Source: the human T2T-CHM13v2.0 reference genome, Homo sapiens
Reading direction: 5' to 3' (one strand)
Length of the DNA: 64,000 bases
Assembly: GCF_009914755.1 (NCBI RefSeq)
Contig: NC_060935.1
Shown: positions 33,823 through 46,430 of the stretch, piece after piece
Position numbering within the stretch: the stretch's first letter is position 1
Layout of the letters: each line of letters opens with the position of its first letter
Program-made: the position numbers and the translations under genes
Notes under the pieces: model-generated
Databases searched by the model: none
What the model was told of the DNA's origin: nothing
The model's input: only the letters and a program-made list of their open reading frames with translations

Positions 33823-33921
33823 GCCAGGTGTGAGGAGGATGTGGACCTGTTCAGAGAGGTTATCTACACACTCCTGGGACTCATGATGAACCTGTGTCTT
33901 CAGGCTCCCTTTGTCTCTGAG
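33823..33921 (+). CDS. TTC12: TTC12 exon 12/17
   Basis: cccaag|GCC...GAG|gtatgg; 99 nt; [33 protein letters not shown]. Confidence 0.96.
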
Positions 33922-34399
33922 GTATGGCATTCTTGTCTCCCTGCCTGGAGCCCTGGGACAACCTGTACACATTCTGTGGCATAAAACCATTCTCATGTTC
34001 ACGAAGAGACAGAAGCATGTACACTCACACACTGGCCGTGGAATGGGAAAAGGCTGGAGGGATGCGCTCTCCCTTTGCTCTGCTGAGGGATGGATGGATC
34101 ACCACTCAGTCATGTATTCACTCAGAAAACAGACTGGGTATCCAAGGTGTGCTGAGCAGAGTATGAGGTGCTGCATTTACAAAGTCAAATAAAAGGCGGT
34201 TCCTGCTATCAGGGTAATGCCCTGGAGTTAGGGGAGACAGACATGGGGAGGAATAAAAGCAGTAAAAGATGGTGTTGTGAGGGAACCTGGGCATAGTGTG
34301 GTGGTGCTAAAAAGGAGACGGTGCTCAGAAGAAGCTCCGCTGAGAATTCAGATTGTCAGAAAATTAAAATCTCCTGCTGGCCTCTCCCCATTGTTGTAG

Positions 34400-34468
34400 G
34401 TTTGGGCTGTGGAGGTGAGCAGAAGGTGCCTGTCTTTACTAAACAGCCAGGATGGAGGAATCCTGACA
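34400..34468 (+). CDS. TTC12: TTC12 exon 13/17
   Basis: ttgtag|GTT...ACA|gtaagt; 69 nt; [23 protein letters not shown]. Confidence 0.97.
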
Positions 34469-34511
34469 GTAAGTTTCTCCCAGGGAAATCCAGAAGCAGC
34501 TTCCATTGTTC

Positions 34512-34558
34512 TTGTTTTGTTTTGTTTTGTTTTGTTTTGTTTTGTTTTGTTTTGTTTT
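34512..34558. repeat. (GTTTT)n microsatellite
   Basis: About 9 units, 45 nt after the exon-13 donor. Confidence 0.92.
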
Positions 34559-36881
34559 ATTATCAGTGTAATCTTTTTGAAGTTGCCACCTTTGAGAATC
34601 TGCTGACTCTGAGATATGGTGTGGATATACTATTCAGAATAATGTACACAAGCACATAAATACCAGGTTTTGTCTACAGTTTCAGGGATTTGGTGACCTC
34701 CTTGCTGTGTCCGTCATCTGTGGATCCCCTAGAGTCCAGGAACCCAACTTAAGAATCCCCCTTCCGTATGGTCTGAAATTTAACCAGCTTAGATGATATA
34801 ATCGATCCGATCTGTCCTATTTCAAAATATCCTGTGCAAATTGGACAGATCAAGTGTCCAACTTATTTAGAATCCCTTTTTTCCATAAGAAAAAAAAAAA
34901 GCCAAGCCCATATTTTAAGCCAGTGATCCTAGAGGTTGTTTGTGCATAATAGTTTTACCCTCTTTTTAAAATATATGCTGAAATGGCTTTCTCAATTCTG
35001 TGTCTGACATTTGAATAAGAAAACTGAGAAAGGCCTATATGTTAGCACAGTGCATCAGGAGAAGAATATTAGTATGATTCAAGAGGCTATTTGCCATCAC
35101 CCTAGAACGTATTCTTCACTCACATTAAGTGATCACCCGTTTTTCTCCCTGTCAGGGCAGGACCCTAATGGCTAGGGAAGCAATTAGGGCCACATCTAGG
35201 GTGGGTCTGGGAAACCAGCCTTTCAAGGGTTGCAGACTGAGGACTGCCTCCACAGTTTAAAAAATGTTCTGAGTAGATCCAACATACCCTGTTTGGGGGT
35301 AGCACTCTTTAAACGTCCCCAAAGTCAATTCAGACAGGATAGGGCAAAGGTTTTGTGCGTGTGCATTTTCATAGACGGGGCATCGTAGCTTTCATCAGAT
35401 CCTCAAAAGAGGTCTATGACCCCCAAAGTGGTAAGCACCACCGTTTCCAGATGGTCCAGACCTAAAGGTGAGCCTACACTAGTGCCTGAGTAAACCTTTA
35501 GGAGAGCTCTTGGGCCAGATTTCCCCAGCATTCCTTGTGTGCCACGTTGGGTGCTTCCCAGCTTGCTGAGCAGAGCAGCAGCTTCACCATGGGCATCTGG
35601 TCCTTGTCTAGCACAGTCTCCACTGTCTTGGGCCTGAAAGGGGATCCGTGGTGTCAACTATAGCAAAATTCTAGGATCTTTAGGAAGCAGATTAGGGAAA
35701 CAAGATTGATAATACACAAGTTTATCTTTTCTCCCTCTGGAGACCTCATTAAAATGAGATTAAAGCCATTGGGGGGGAACAAAAAAAGTAGAGACCTACG
35801 TTGACAGTGAACAGGCAATGGTTACCAATAGGTAAGTAATTTTAACAAGTTTCCTGAAGATGGAGAACAGCTGCAAGGGTGGTAATTAATGAGGCAGGGC
35901 TGAGGAAACCTTTGTATGGAGTACAAATGGAGGAACACGTAGCTGGGCAGTAGCAGGTTTGCCTTATAATACCCTGGAGAGGATGAAGATTTCAAAACTC
36001 CCGATACAACAGAGAGCAGAAGTACAAGGCAGTGGAGCTGCGTTTGCTGGCAGGCATCTATCCTCCAGGCATAAAATCAGAACACTTTTATCTCTAAAGA
36101 ACTGAAAAACTGGAGAAAACATTTTTCTTTCTAGTATACGGGGGTGCCACCTCTATATCTTTCCATACTTCTGATAAACGTCCCATAAACATAGCATGCC
36201 CAAACATATTTTCTTGCTTTTTTCATACATGTGATTGGGCAGGTAAAGGGTCAACCAGACATTGCAGGAAAGCTACACACATAAATAGGAAAACCAAGAT
36301 AAACATAAAAATTGATCCAAAAGAAATAGAGATGATATAGGAAACAGAAGAAAAAAATAGTAACTATCATTTGTATCCTGAGAAAGATTTAAGATAGTTA
36401 TATCCATAAAAGAGTAACAGCTTGGCATTTATTTAAAAAAAAAAAAAAAAGAAAGAAGAGCTGGGAAATAAAGTAAATGAACTATCCCAGAAACTAGAAC
36501 AAAAGACAAAGATTCGAAAAGATAAAGATAAATGACACAGAAGACCAATCCAGGAAATCAAACATCTCCTTATAAAGGGCCTGCTGATATCAGAGCTCTG
36601 GGAGGAATCACAAGGGAGAACTTCCTTTCTCAGAGTGGAACTGGTTGATCCTGTGTGAAGCTGAAATAATATGGGCCTCTGGGTGGCAAGGGGCTATGAT
36701 TACAGCTCCTTGACAGCTTTATTAAAAAGAACAGTGCTTTCTATTATTTGGCCATCATATTTTTTATATTTTGCTTCCAATATAATGATTGCTTTTGCCT
36801 CACCAAACTCCCCGTTAACTTTTAAAGGTTGTCAGCATTTCTGAAAAGGACATTTAATTATCCTCTTTCTGCTGTACTCAG

Positions 36882-36983
36882 AGAGCTGCTGGTGTTCTGA
36901 GCCGGACCCTTTCTTCCTCTCTGAAAATTGTTGAGGAGGCCTTGCGAGCAGGAGTGGTAAAGAAAATGATGAAATTCCTGAAG
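36882..36983 (+). CDS. TTC12: TTC12 exon 14/17
   Basis: actcag|AGA...AAG|gtaaga; 102 nt; [34 protein letters not shown]. Confidence 0.97.
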
Positions 36984-38308
36984 GTAAGATCACTTTATTG
37001 GTTACAACCCCTGAAATGTACAGAAGTCTCCTATTTTATTCGGGGAACAGAATTAAGGTGGGCTTTGTTTGGTTAATGTGCTGCCATTTCTTCCTTGCTA
37101 GATTTTAAACTTCTTGGATAGGGATTTGCTTCTGCCTGTCTACCCAGACCATACTCTGAACATCAACAACAGATTGTTGAATAAATAAGAAAATTGTTCA
37201 TTAGATACATCTATAAAACCTGCTTACCCCTCAAGCCTGACTTAAAAATATATGGCCACTGTTCTTGATAAAAATGATCTGAGTGGCTTTCTGTAACGTT
37301 TCTCAGGCACATTGTTCTGCTCAGGTTTTGCTACTCATGATGCTTTATACAGTTATCTGGAGAGTGTTGGATGGAACTCCATCTATGAGACATGTAGCCT
37401 GCAGAATTACCATGTGACCAAAGGATGTTGGGATTTCCCTGTGAGATGAGTGTGGTGAATCTAAGCAAGCCAGTAGAGCAGTTATCTGGATTCACCTGCA
37501 AGGGCGAAGGGGATTAATACACTAGGCTGCCATCTCAGAATCCCACCTATGATGTGTGTGCCCATGAGGTCCATACACCCATGTTAGTGTGGTGACACAT
37601 GGCTTTTATTCATAAAGCATCAGGCTGAGTGGCGCAGGGAAGCATGCTCTGCGGGCTGCTGCTAGGGCAGGGGTGACACTGAGGGGGCAGCACAGGGGGT
37701 CTGAGTTTAGATTGCCACTTGAACAATGACTGTCATTCATTATAACTTTTGCAAACCCACCAAAAGCTCCTGATGGCATGCATACCCATGCATCACACGT
37801 GCATACGTGCACACATGCCTTTTAAAGACCCCACATGGGTGATTGCAAGGGCTGTGTTTGACAGTTGTCATCTCTTAAAATGATGTAGGTTCCTGAAGTT
37901 CCTCATGCAGGACTGTCAGCCTGACAGCCTTAGCAAGTCAGTCCTCGTTCTCAAATGGGAAAATGACATGGGAGGGCCTTTTCCTCCCTTTTTGGTAGAT
38001 CTGCCATTCATCAGCATCATTCTCTTCTCAGCCACTTGCTCATAAAGCCTTCCGGAGGCAATTACTCAGGTGTACATGACAGGCCTACATTCCTGTCAGG
38101 GGTGTGGGCTGGGTTAGAGAGGATGCGGGTGACACTCTGTTCCAGCAGGGACCATGCCTGCCCACCAGGAAGCACATGCCGTTCTCAGTAGAATTCTCTT
38201 TTCAGAGTTTAGGAAGCCACTAGCGCTATAATAACTGCTTGCTGTGGTTTGTGGTCAAGAGCAATCATAGCACTGATTTTATTTTTCTAATTTCATTCTG
38301 AAATCTAG

Positions 38309-38408
38309 ACAGGAGGTGAGACTGCATCACGTTATGCTATAAAGATACTAGCTATCTGCACGAATAGTTATCATGAAGCTCGGGAAGAAGTAATAAGACT
38401 GGATAAAA
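38309..38408 (+). CDS. TTC12: TTC12 exon 15/17
   Basis: atctag|ACA...AAAA|gtaagt; 100 nt; TGGETASRYAIKILAICTNSYHEAREEVIRLDK. Confidence 0.97.
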
Positions 38409-39315
38409 GTAAGTGATGATTTCCTTAAGGGAGCCCTCGTCCCAGAGGTTCATCCACCCTTGAAGCTGCAAAGGGAACTGTGGTCGAGGAGGAACTTAGC
38501 AGCAATGCTGTTAACCTCTCCCAGACTTCAGCAATGTTTACAGAAGATGTTTCACATCCAGATCTGAAAGCATTTAATTAACCTTTTGGATGCACACAGG
38601 TAGAATGCCCAGGCTGGAGACCCAGCTGACAGATGGCTCAAAGATAACAGGGTCAAAGCTAGGAAACTCCCTCCTCTCACCAAGTTCAGTTCTCTGCCTT
38701 CACAGAAGGAGAGGGGGAAACACCGTCAACGTTTAGTGAACAAGGGAAATATCAGAGTCTGAGCCTAGGTTTAGTCCAGTAACTTAAACCGGCTGTAGTT
38801 ATTCACAGCAGGCTTCCCAGGAGAGGCAGCCTGCTAATGTTCTTCTTACCAACTCCCTGGAATGCACAGAAGGTGAACTGAAGGAGGCTCCACCATGGAA
38901 GCGGCAAGCCTTTCTCCTGGATCCTGTTGCATACCCTGCAGGTGTAGGTTGCTGGCACATTGCCTCCACCTGGGGGCTGTCAGATAAGACCTCTCACCCT
39001 GGCGCAGTGAGAGGTTAAGAATAGGCTTTCAAGAAGACAGACCTGTCTGACACACAGCATTCATTCATCTAACAACTGTGTTGTGCTGGGCACTGTTCTA
39101 GGAAGCGGAGATACTTCAGAGGTTCAGCAAGGAGTTGAGGAGGTTCATATGCATTCAGTGAATGTTTGCTGATGAGTGAGTGAACAAGTTCTGCTGCAGA
39201 GTTACTGGGGAAGCTCGGTGTCCGCTGACATCTCCCTGCACCCCTCATGTCCTGTTGCCAGCCTCCTATTTTGGGATTAAAAGGAGCTGTTGCTTGTTCT
39301 CTTCTTTCCCTGCAG

Positions 39316-39541
39316 AGTTGAGCGTTATGATGAAGCTGCTCAGCTCGGAGGATGAGGTTCTGGTGGGCAACGCTGCCCTCTGCCTTGGTAACTGCATGGA
39401 GGTGCCCAACGTTGCGTCTTCCCTGCTAAAGACGGACCTTTTGCAGGTCTTGTTAAAGCTTGCAGGCAGTGACACACAGAAGACGGCCGTGCAGGTGAAC
39501 GCAGGCATTGCTCTGGGGAAGCTGTGCACAGCTGAGCCCAG
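39316..39541 (+). CDS. TTC12: TTC12 exon 16/17, C-terminal ARM repeats
   Basis: ctgcag|AG...CCCAG|gtatgc; 226 nt; LSVMMKLLSSEDEVLVGNAALCLGNC...NAGIALGKLCTAEP. Confidence 0.97.
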
Positions 39542-40705
39542 GTATGCTGTGGACACGGAGCCAGGCTGACCTATTGCAGAAAGAGCAGCTGAGCTGAGGT
39601 GCTGAGTTTTGGCTGGGACTGCATGCCACACAGAACAGTGTGGGAAGCCCTCATGCTTTCTGTGCAGACCTAGGTTAAGCCCAGTAGCTGCTTCTCTGAA
39701 GAAAGCCTTTCTAGAGGAAACTGGGGAGCTCTCGGTCTCCAACCAGAGAGGGAATCGGCTTGTCTGACAGGGACGTGCTGCTCCCACTTGCTGCCGTTGC
39801 CTTCTCTCCATTCCATTCTCCACTGTTTTGCATCCCTCTCCCTGTCTCTTTATCCTCCTTCTTCCCCTCCCTCCCACTCCACCTCCCCTTCTCTTCCCTC
39901 TTTTCTCTCTTCTCCACTTTTCCAGAAACAGACCCCCCACTTCATGTTCTTTGCCTCGGCCTAAACAAATGGAGGAACGGCCAGCAAGGGTCACATGTTC
40001 ATGCAGGAGAAAACAGTGGAGAAGGAGAGACGCAGAACAGCATGCCGAGGTCCCCAGTGAGCGAGGGCAAGAGATGTGGGCTGTAACTGTGCCCATGGCT
40101 TCTCTGTTAGCTCAGACCTCCACTCTGCTCTGCTCCTCTTCTGATGTGCAGACGCATCTCATTGCACGTGCTTTTGGGAGGTGTCCACCTGTGGCTGAGC
40201 AAAGGAGCCCTGGCATAGAGCAAGGGTAACCCCGGGAGCTGAGTGAGAGACGCTCCTTCCCTTACATCCACATGCCTTTAATTCCTCCTCTGTAGATTGA
40301 GGGGGTTGGCCTTGATAATATCTAAGGTCCTTTCAAGTTCTGTCTGGTTGTTCAAATGGAAGGAATAGTTAAAATCTTTCTTCTATAGAAAGAAAGCACA
40401 TTAGCTAGGATGACTTCAAAGTGGCAACCTATGGGGGAGTTCTCGAGAGCAAGGTCCTGTCTGATCAGCCTGACACACCTGCCACCTGCAGCGAGTGTTT
40501 TCAGTGCTTTGTGGGCCTCCCTGAGGGTCTTACTTACCCCTGTGATCTTTAGGGTACCCCAATGCCACAGCCACTTCCTGTTTCCACCCAGAGTGATAGG
40601 ACTGACGTTCTCAGCCAGCTTCCATCTGAGAGGGTGTTGGCTCTGGGCTCCAGAAGCCTGAACCGTGGCACTTATGCCCTGGGTTGTTTGTTTTGATTGT
40701 GACAG

Positions 40706-40781
40706 ATTTGCTGCTCAACTGAGAAAGCTTCATGGCCTAGAAATTCTCAACTCTACGATGAAATACATCAGTGATTCTTGA
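40706..40781 (+). CDS. TTC12: TTC12 exon 17/17 (last coding exon)
   Basis: tgacag|A TTT GCT...TCT TGA; FAAQLRKLHGLEILNSTMKYISDS*. Confidence 0.97.
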
Positions 40782-40845
40782 GAGAGACAGGGTTTGTGTG
40801 CATTTGGGGAACACACAGATGCACACCGTGTGTTGTTCCTATGCT

Positions 40846-40851
40846 AATAAA
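40846..40851 (+). terminator. TTC12 polyadenylation signal
   Basis: AATAAA 65 nt after the stop, followed about 35-60 nt later by T/GT-rich sequence. Confidence 0.85.
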
Positions 40852-40929
40852 GACCTTTGATGTATCCACTTCAGAATCAAGTACTCATTTTTAGAGTGTT
40901 TGCATTTCAGGTTTTCACGGGTAACAAGA

Positions 40930-41300
40930 GAGTGGGCATTAGGCTGGCTGCTGTGGTGGGCTCTGTGCACTGGCTTACTCGACTTCCATTGTACCCTCCT
41001 TTGAATGTTCTTTCCTGTTCTGTAGAAGCTAGAAACCATCTCACAAAAAGCCACATTGCCCAGACTCCCTTGTAGCAACGATTCTAGATGGGAACTAGTG
41101 GCCAATCTAATGCCACTTCCTACCCCTTTTGCTATTTTCTGCTGGCAATATGCTAGAAACATCAGATTTGTTGGTAGCAGCATTTCAGCTCCGTTTTTCC
41201 AGCTGTGGAGTGCTGAGAGAGAGTTGCATTGGCATCATTGGTGGCCTGCAGCTGACTCCTGGCCTGCAGCCACTGCATGTGCCGTTAAATTCAGTGGGGT
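40930..41300. mobile_element. Old ERVL/MaLR-class LTR fragment (LTR33-like)
   Basis: CACATTGCCCAGACTCCCTTGTAGC motif typical of the LTR33/LTR16 group. Confidence 0.5.
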
Positions 41301-41679
41301 GAGTGGTAGGTGGTGTCTCCCCTGTTAGGAGAACTCTGCGTGAATCATTCTGGGAATCATTCCTGGGGGTCCCTCTGGCACCCTCCTCCAGCCCATCTGG
41401 TGGTGCTATAGGCACCCTGTTCCATGGGTTAGATTGTTCTCTGCTAAAGGTGCCAAAGCACAGGCTTCTCTTTCTACAGTGAACCCTGACTGATGCAAAT
41501 GTGTTGATTTCCCTAACCCACCTTGTACTCTCACCCCATCCCCAGAGGCAACGCTCCCTTCCAGTTGCCCCAGGGTCACTCTAAACCAGGGTCACCTGTG
41601 GACTGCAAGTCCCTAAGTGAGAAGTCCAATAAGTGGCATTATCTCTGGCTCCTTACAATCACAGAATCATTTTAGAGTA

Positions 41680-41935
41680 GGAGGCAGGGTCTTCATGGTA
41701 CAGTGAATGTCAGGAGTCCCAGACCAAAGTTCCAAAGACTTTTGGTCGTACCCTGCTACCTGCCCTGCCAGCCATGTGACTTTGGGCAAGTTGCTTAACC
41801 TCTCTGAGCTTTGACTACTGCTTCTGGAAACACTAATACCTGCCCAACCTACCTCCTCCATTGTTGTAAAGGTTAAATGAAGTTTTGGAGGTGAAGGCAC
41901 TTTGGGAATTATAAAGTACTACGCAAATATAAGAG
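41680..41935 (+). mobile_element. MIR
   Basis: TGTGACTTTGGGCAAGTTGCTTAACCTCTCTGAGC core. Confidence 0.85.
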
Positions 41936-42676
41936 ATTACCAGACTCTATCTTGAGATTGAGGGTGTCAACTATGACGTCAGTTGGGTTAAGTTTGAAGG
42001 GTCTGGGAAAGGATGAAGCTCATGTCCTTTAAGGAATCAAGCTGGCCATTCTCTGAAGCATGTAGGAAAGGAAATCCTCCTCCTCCAGGGAGATGTTATT
42101 CAACACACCCAAAGAAAGTGTTCTTCACAGGTAAGGCAGCTGTTGGCTTAAATTAAGAACTTCGTTTCTGAAACGGAGATAAATAATTGGCATTTGGTGA
42201 CAGGGGGGTGGGCGGTGGAAGAAAATCAATGGCCTGAGCCCCTCATTCAGATTGATGTACTGCGCATGGCTGGAGGGAGCTCACTGGGGCACTCTGTGGT
42301 GGCGCCCTGGGTGGCAAGCAAGTGACAGGCCACTGTAGAGAAGCCAGGACCTGCCCATCAGTCCTATCATGCAAACAAACACCCTTCAAGAGGCTACTGA
42401 ATTGCAAAGGGAGAACGGCTCGATGCTAATCAGAGCACAAAGAAGAAAATTAGAGGGTGCAAAAGTTGCTGTTTTCACAGAATTCCGTGGAGCTTTGAAA
42501 ACGGAAAGGCTGTTTGTGTTCATAACCACCAGCCCTGTCTCCTTTGAAGTTCAGGCCCCGCCTTCCCCTGCTATGGCTGCCCTCCTTCTTGGCTCTTGAA
42601 AATGGCTATGATAGGTGTATTCTCTTCCCCAAAGAGTGGGGAATGTCAAATTACGTTATTATGTTTATTGTTCCAG

Positions 42677-42833
42677 AGTGCCTGCCGAGAGCAGTCATCT
42701 CCAATTTGGAAGAGAGTCTGCTGCACCTGAAGCTCTGTCTCCTCGCAGGTGGGAAGAGATGTTTCACATGCTAGTATTCTCCCTCTCCAGTGTGGATCCA
42801 CCCCCGCCACCGCCCCAAACTTGTTACCCCTAA
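42677..42833 (+). CDS. TTC12: Candidate alternative last coding exon of TTC12
   Basis: tttattgttccag|A acceptor is in phase with the exon-16 donor. It encodes 51 aa, VPAESSHLQ...VDPPPPPPQTCYP*, giving 681+51=732 aa, the length I recall for a second TTC12 isoform (not verified). Confidence 0.65.
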
Positions 42834-43292
42834 CACATGCTACCATGCAAACCTTCCAGGCAGCATGGAAAATACCAGCGCCATCTTTCAGAAGGCCTCA
42901 TCTCCACTTGCCAGGAGCCCCGACACCACCCTTGGAGACACGGCTTGTTCCAGGTAATCAGAGTCTTCTGGTTCAACAAGCAGAGGAGCTGGGATTTTCC
43001 ATCCTAAAGAGGATGTGGCCGGGATGGAACTCCATCACCATCCTGAAGCCACAGCAGAGGTGGCAGGTAACAGACAGTCCAGAGCTGCTCACTGTCTTCA
43101 TACATGACGTGAGGACGGTGGTTCCAGTGCGCCGCAAGGTGGGACTGAGGTTCAGAGTTGAGAGGAAACAATAGGAAGGGGCTGAGATGCTGCAACAGGT
43201 CACGGGCTGCTATTGTAAACACTTTTTTAAGGATAGGTTCAAATAAGAGCTTCTTGGCTTGGAGAACTGAGGGGAAGTACGACTAAGAAGTA

Positions 43293-43372
43293 TTAGGTTG
43301 GTGCAAAACTAATTGCAGTTTTTGCCATTAAAAGTAATGACAAAAACTGCAATTTCTTTTGCACTAACCTAA
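43293..43372. mobile_element. MADE1 (Hsmar1-derived 80-bp MITE)
   Basis: Two 37-bp TIRs (33/37 complementary), a 6-nt spacer AAAAGT, and TA TSDs at 43291-2 and 43373-4. Confidence 0.95.
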
Positions 43373-43593
43373 TATTCTGAGGACAAGAAGACATTTAATA
43401 CCACATGACTTTTTTTAAGTAAGAGGTCTCATTTTCTAAATAACTTGAAAATAGAGGCTCTCCAAGGGTTCCGTTACAGGAGAGAATAATCAGAGGTGAA
43501 GAAAACCCATTTAGAGCTGACTCCCTTTCCCAGGGAATGAGCTTTTGGTCCTCATAGACTGGCATCCTGCAGACACGCAGAGAGAAAGAATAA

Positions 43594-43983
<390 letters not shown>

Positions 43984-45655
43984 TAAGCCTCATAACGACT
44001 GTGAGGTGGGTATTATCTCCACTTTACAGGTAAATAAGATAAAAACAGAATAGTACTTTCCCACCCAGGATCACATAGCCAGGAAGCAGGGGAGTCAGAA
44101 TTTGACCCCAAGCTGTGTTCTTAACTCTTCCTGCATGTAAAACATTCCTCTCCTTACTAAGTGTGACCTGCAGAAAAGTCACCACATTTCTCAGAGCCCC
44201 AGTTTCCTCTCTATAAAATGGGAGCATCAACACCTACCTCTCCTTCTGTGGTTTGGATATAATATACATGAAGTACCTAGCATAGGTGACTGACAGATAG
44301 AAAGTATTTACTTAATGGCGACTCTTTTTGAGAACAGAAATGACCATGAGCCCATTATCTGCCCCCTCCCACCCTCACGGATCTGCTTATCTTCCTTGGT
44401 CCTCCGTCTCACTGAAGGCAAGCATGTATTTGGCTCTGTTTACCTTTCCCTCTCTCCTGTGACTGGTGGCAAACATGAAGATCCCCCAAGAGCCAGCTGC
44501 CAGCCAGAAGCCTGCCTTCTTACATGACCCCATGGCAGCAGGGCCTGAGAGCACTGGTCTTGGGTGGGATGGGGTTCAGAGCAACTCAGGGCTCAGGGAT
44601 AGGGTAGCAGCGCTCCTTGTCAGGGCCTGGGGCCAGGGGTGCATGGGCATCAACAGGACCCAGTGTGAAGTGGAAGGTGCTAGGATCAATGCTCTAAAAT
44701 CCTCTTTGCAAACAGATACTCCTCTGTTACTTGCAGTTTGTCCTCAGTTTATAATCAGGAAAACCTGTTGATTGCAATGACTGTAGCTCCAATCATATAT
44801 TCATCAGGATGTCATTAGTTCTTTTCTCCTAAAGCCCCAGAGCTGCATCCCCCTACCCTCCCTGATGCCCTAGAAAGAGGAGTGCTAGCCCAGCGGGACA
44901 TCCAGTTGCCCACCACCTCCTCCAGCAGCTCCCGGCCCTGTGGGTGGCCACATGCCAGCCAAGCACTGGGCTTCTGTGACCTGAAGCTGCTGGATGACTT
45001 ATTTCCTTTTAATAAGACTCCTAATTTGATCTCAATTTCAAAAAGGCAAAATGATGAAGGAGTTCTCCCTGGAGACATTCTGCCCTGTGGTCTGATTTTG
45101 CCCTGGGGCTGGATCAGGCTTTCTTGGCTGCTCTGAGGCTCAGCCCTGGCTTAGGTAGGAGGGAGCCTTAGGGTGCTGGCAAAGCAGGGAACAGTGGGCT
45201 GCCGATTACCTCTGCCAGCCACCCCAGCCTCAGATCTCCCCAGTTCTGGAGCAGGGCTCCTGTCACCAGCGGGTTGGAAGGAACTGCTTTAAATGAGGGT
45301 GGCTGCCTGCCAGATGTGCTGATTCAGCTCAGCCTGAGCATCACTCCATTGTCACATCTGTCCCCAACTTTATGTTTGGGCTTCTTATCTTCAGCAGCTC
45401 TGGATGCTCATTTAGATCCCTCAACTCCCCTCGGGCAACAAGCACACACATACACACACCCCCACACACACGGAATTCATCTCGCTGCTGCTGAGAGATG
45501 AATTTGCACATTAAAATAGGTGAGTTAACGTGCAAGGTGATTTACACTAGATCAAAGGCACAGCAAGATAGTGAGAAATATTGGAACAAGAGGCTGAAGA
45601 AAAGGCTCCTAGAATGTCCAAGCTGAAAAGTATTCAGGGATCATTTAATCCTCTA

Positions 45656-45972
45656 CAGTCATCCCTTTGTATCCACCAGGGATTGATACCACAGATACCA
45701 AAGCCCTGGGATGCTCAGGTCCCCTATATGAAATGCATCATATTTGCATATAACCTACATACATTCTCATATACTTTAAATCATCTCTAGATTGCTTATA
45801 ATACCTAACACAATGTAAATTCTATGTAAATAGTGGATATACTGTATTTCTTAAAATTTGTATTATTTTTTATTGTTGGAGTGTTATTTTTATTGTTTTT
45901 TCCCCAAATATTTTTGATCTGCAGTTGGTTGAATCTGCAAATTTGGAACCCGAGGGTACAGAGGGCTGACTG
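45656..45972. mobile_element. MER2 (Tigger-derived MITE)
   Basis: TA|CAGTCATCCCT...AGGGCTGACTG|TA TIRs with TA TSD and the characteristic TAAATCATCTCTAGATT core. Confidence 0.9.
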
Positions 45973-46179
45973 TATCTGCTTTGTTGGAGTCCATCTGATT
46001 CATTGTCTAAATACAATTAATTGCTCCAAAATGGCTAGTCCATGCCCCCTTATTTTATAAATAAGGAACCTGAGACTCAGAAAGGCCAAGTGAAGTATCT
46101 TCAATGTTCTTACCTTTGTTCAAGAACCCTCTGAACTAATGGTCCAGAGTGGGGTAGGGACTCCAACAAGACCCGGAGA

Positions 46180-46430
46180 GGCAGGAAGCTCAGTGGTGGG
46201 AGTGCAGGCTCAAAGCCCTCCTCCACCTTGCTTTAAATTTCATAACCTCGCTTTAAGTTTTAAGTTTCATAACCTTAGTGAGTGGCTTAGCCCCTCGATT
46301 TCCTTGTCTGTAAAAGGCAATAGGGGAGATATGATACCCACTTCTTAGGTTTGTTGTGGGGATTAAATGAGATGATTTCTATAAAGCTCTCATCACCGTA
46401 CTTGGCACATGGAAGCCCTGAGGAGATGGG
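46180..46430 (+). mobile_element. MIR
   Basis: TTTCCTTGTCTGTAAAAGG...GTTGTGGGGATTAAATGAGAT. Confidence 0.75.

Noticed and set aside
39266-40096. 276-aa minus-strand ORF (longest in the track)
   Set aside because: It is the antisense shadow of TTC12 exon 16 plus a CT-rich low-complexity tract, with no recognisable domain.
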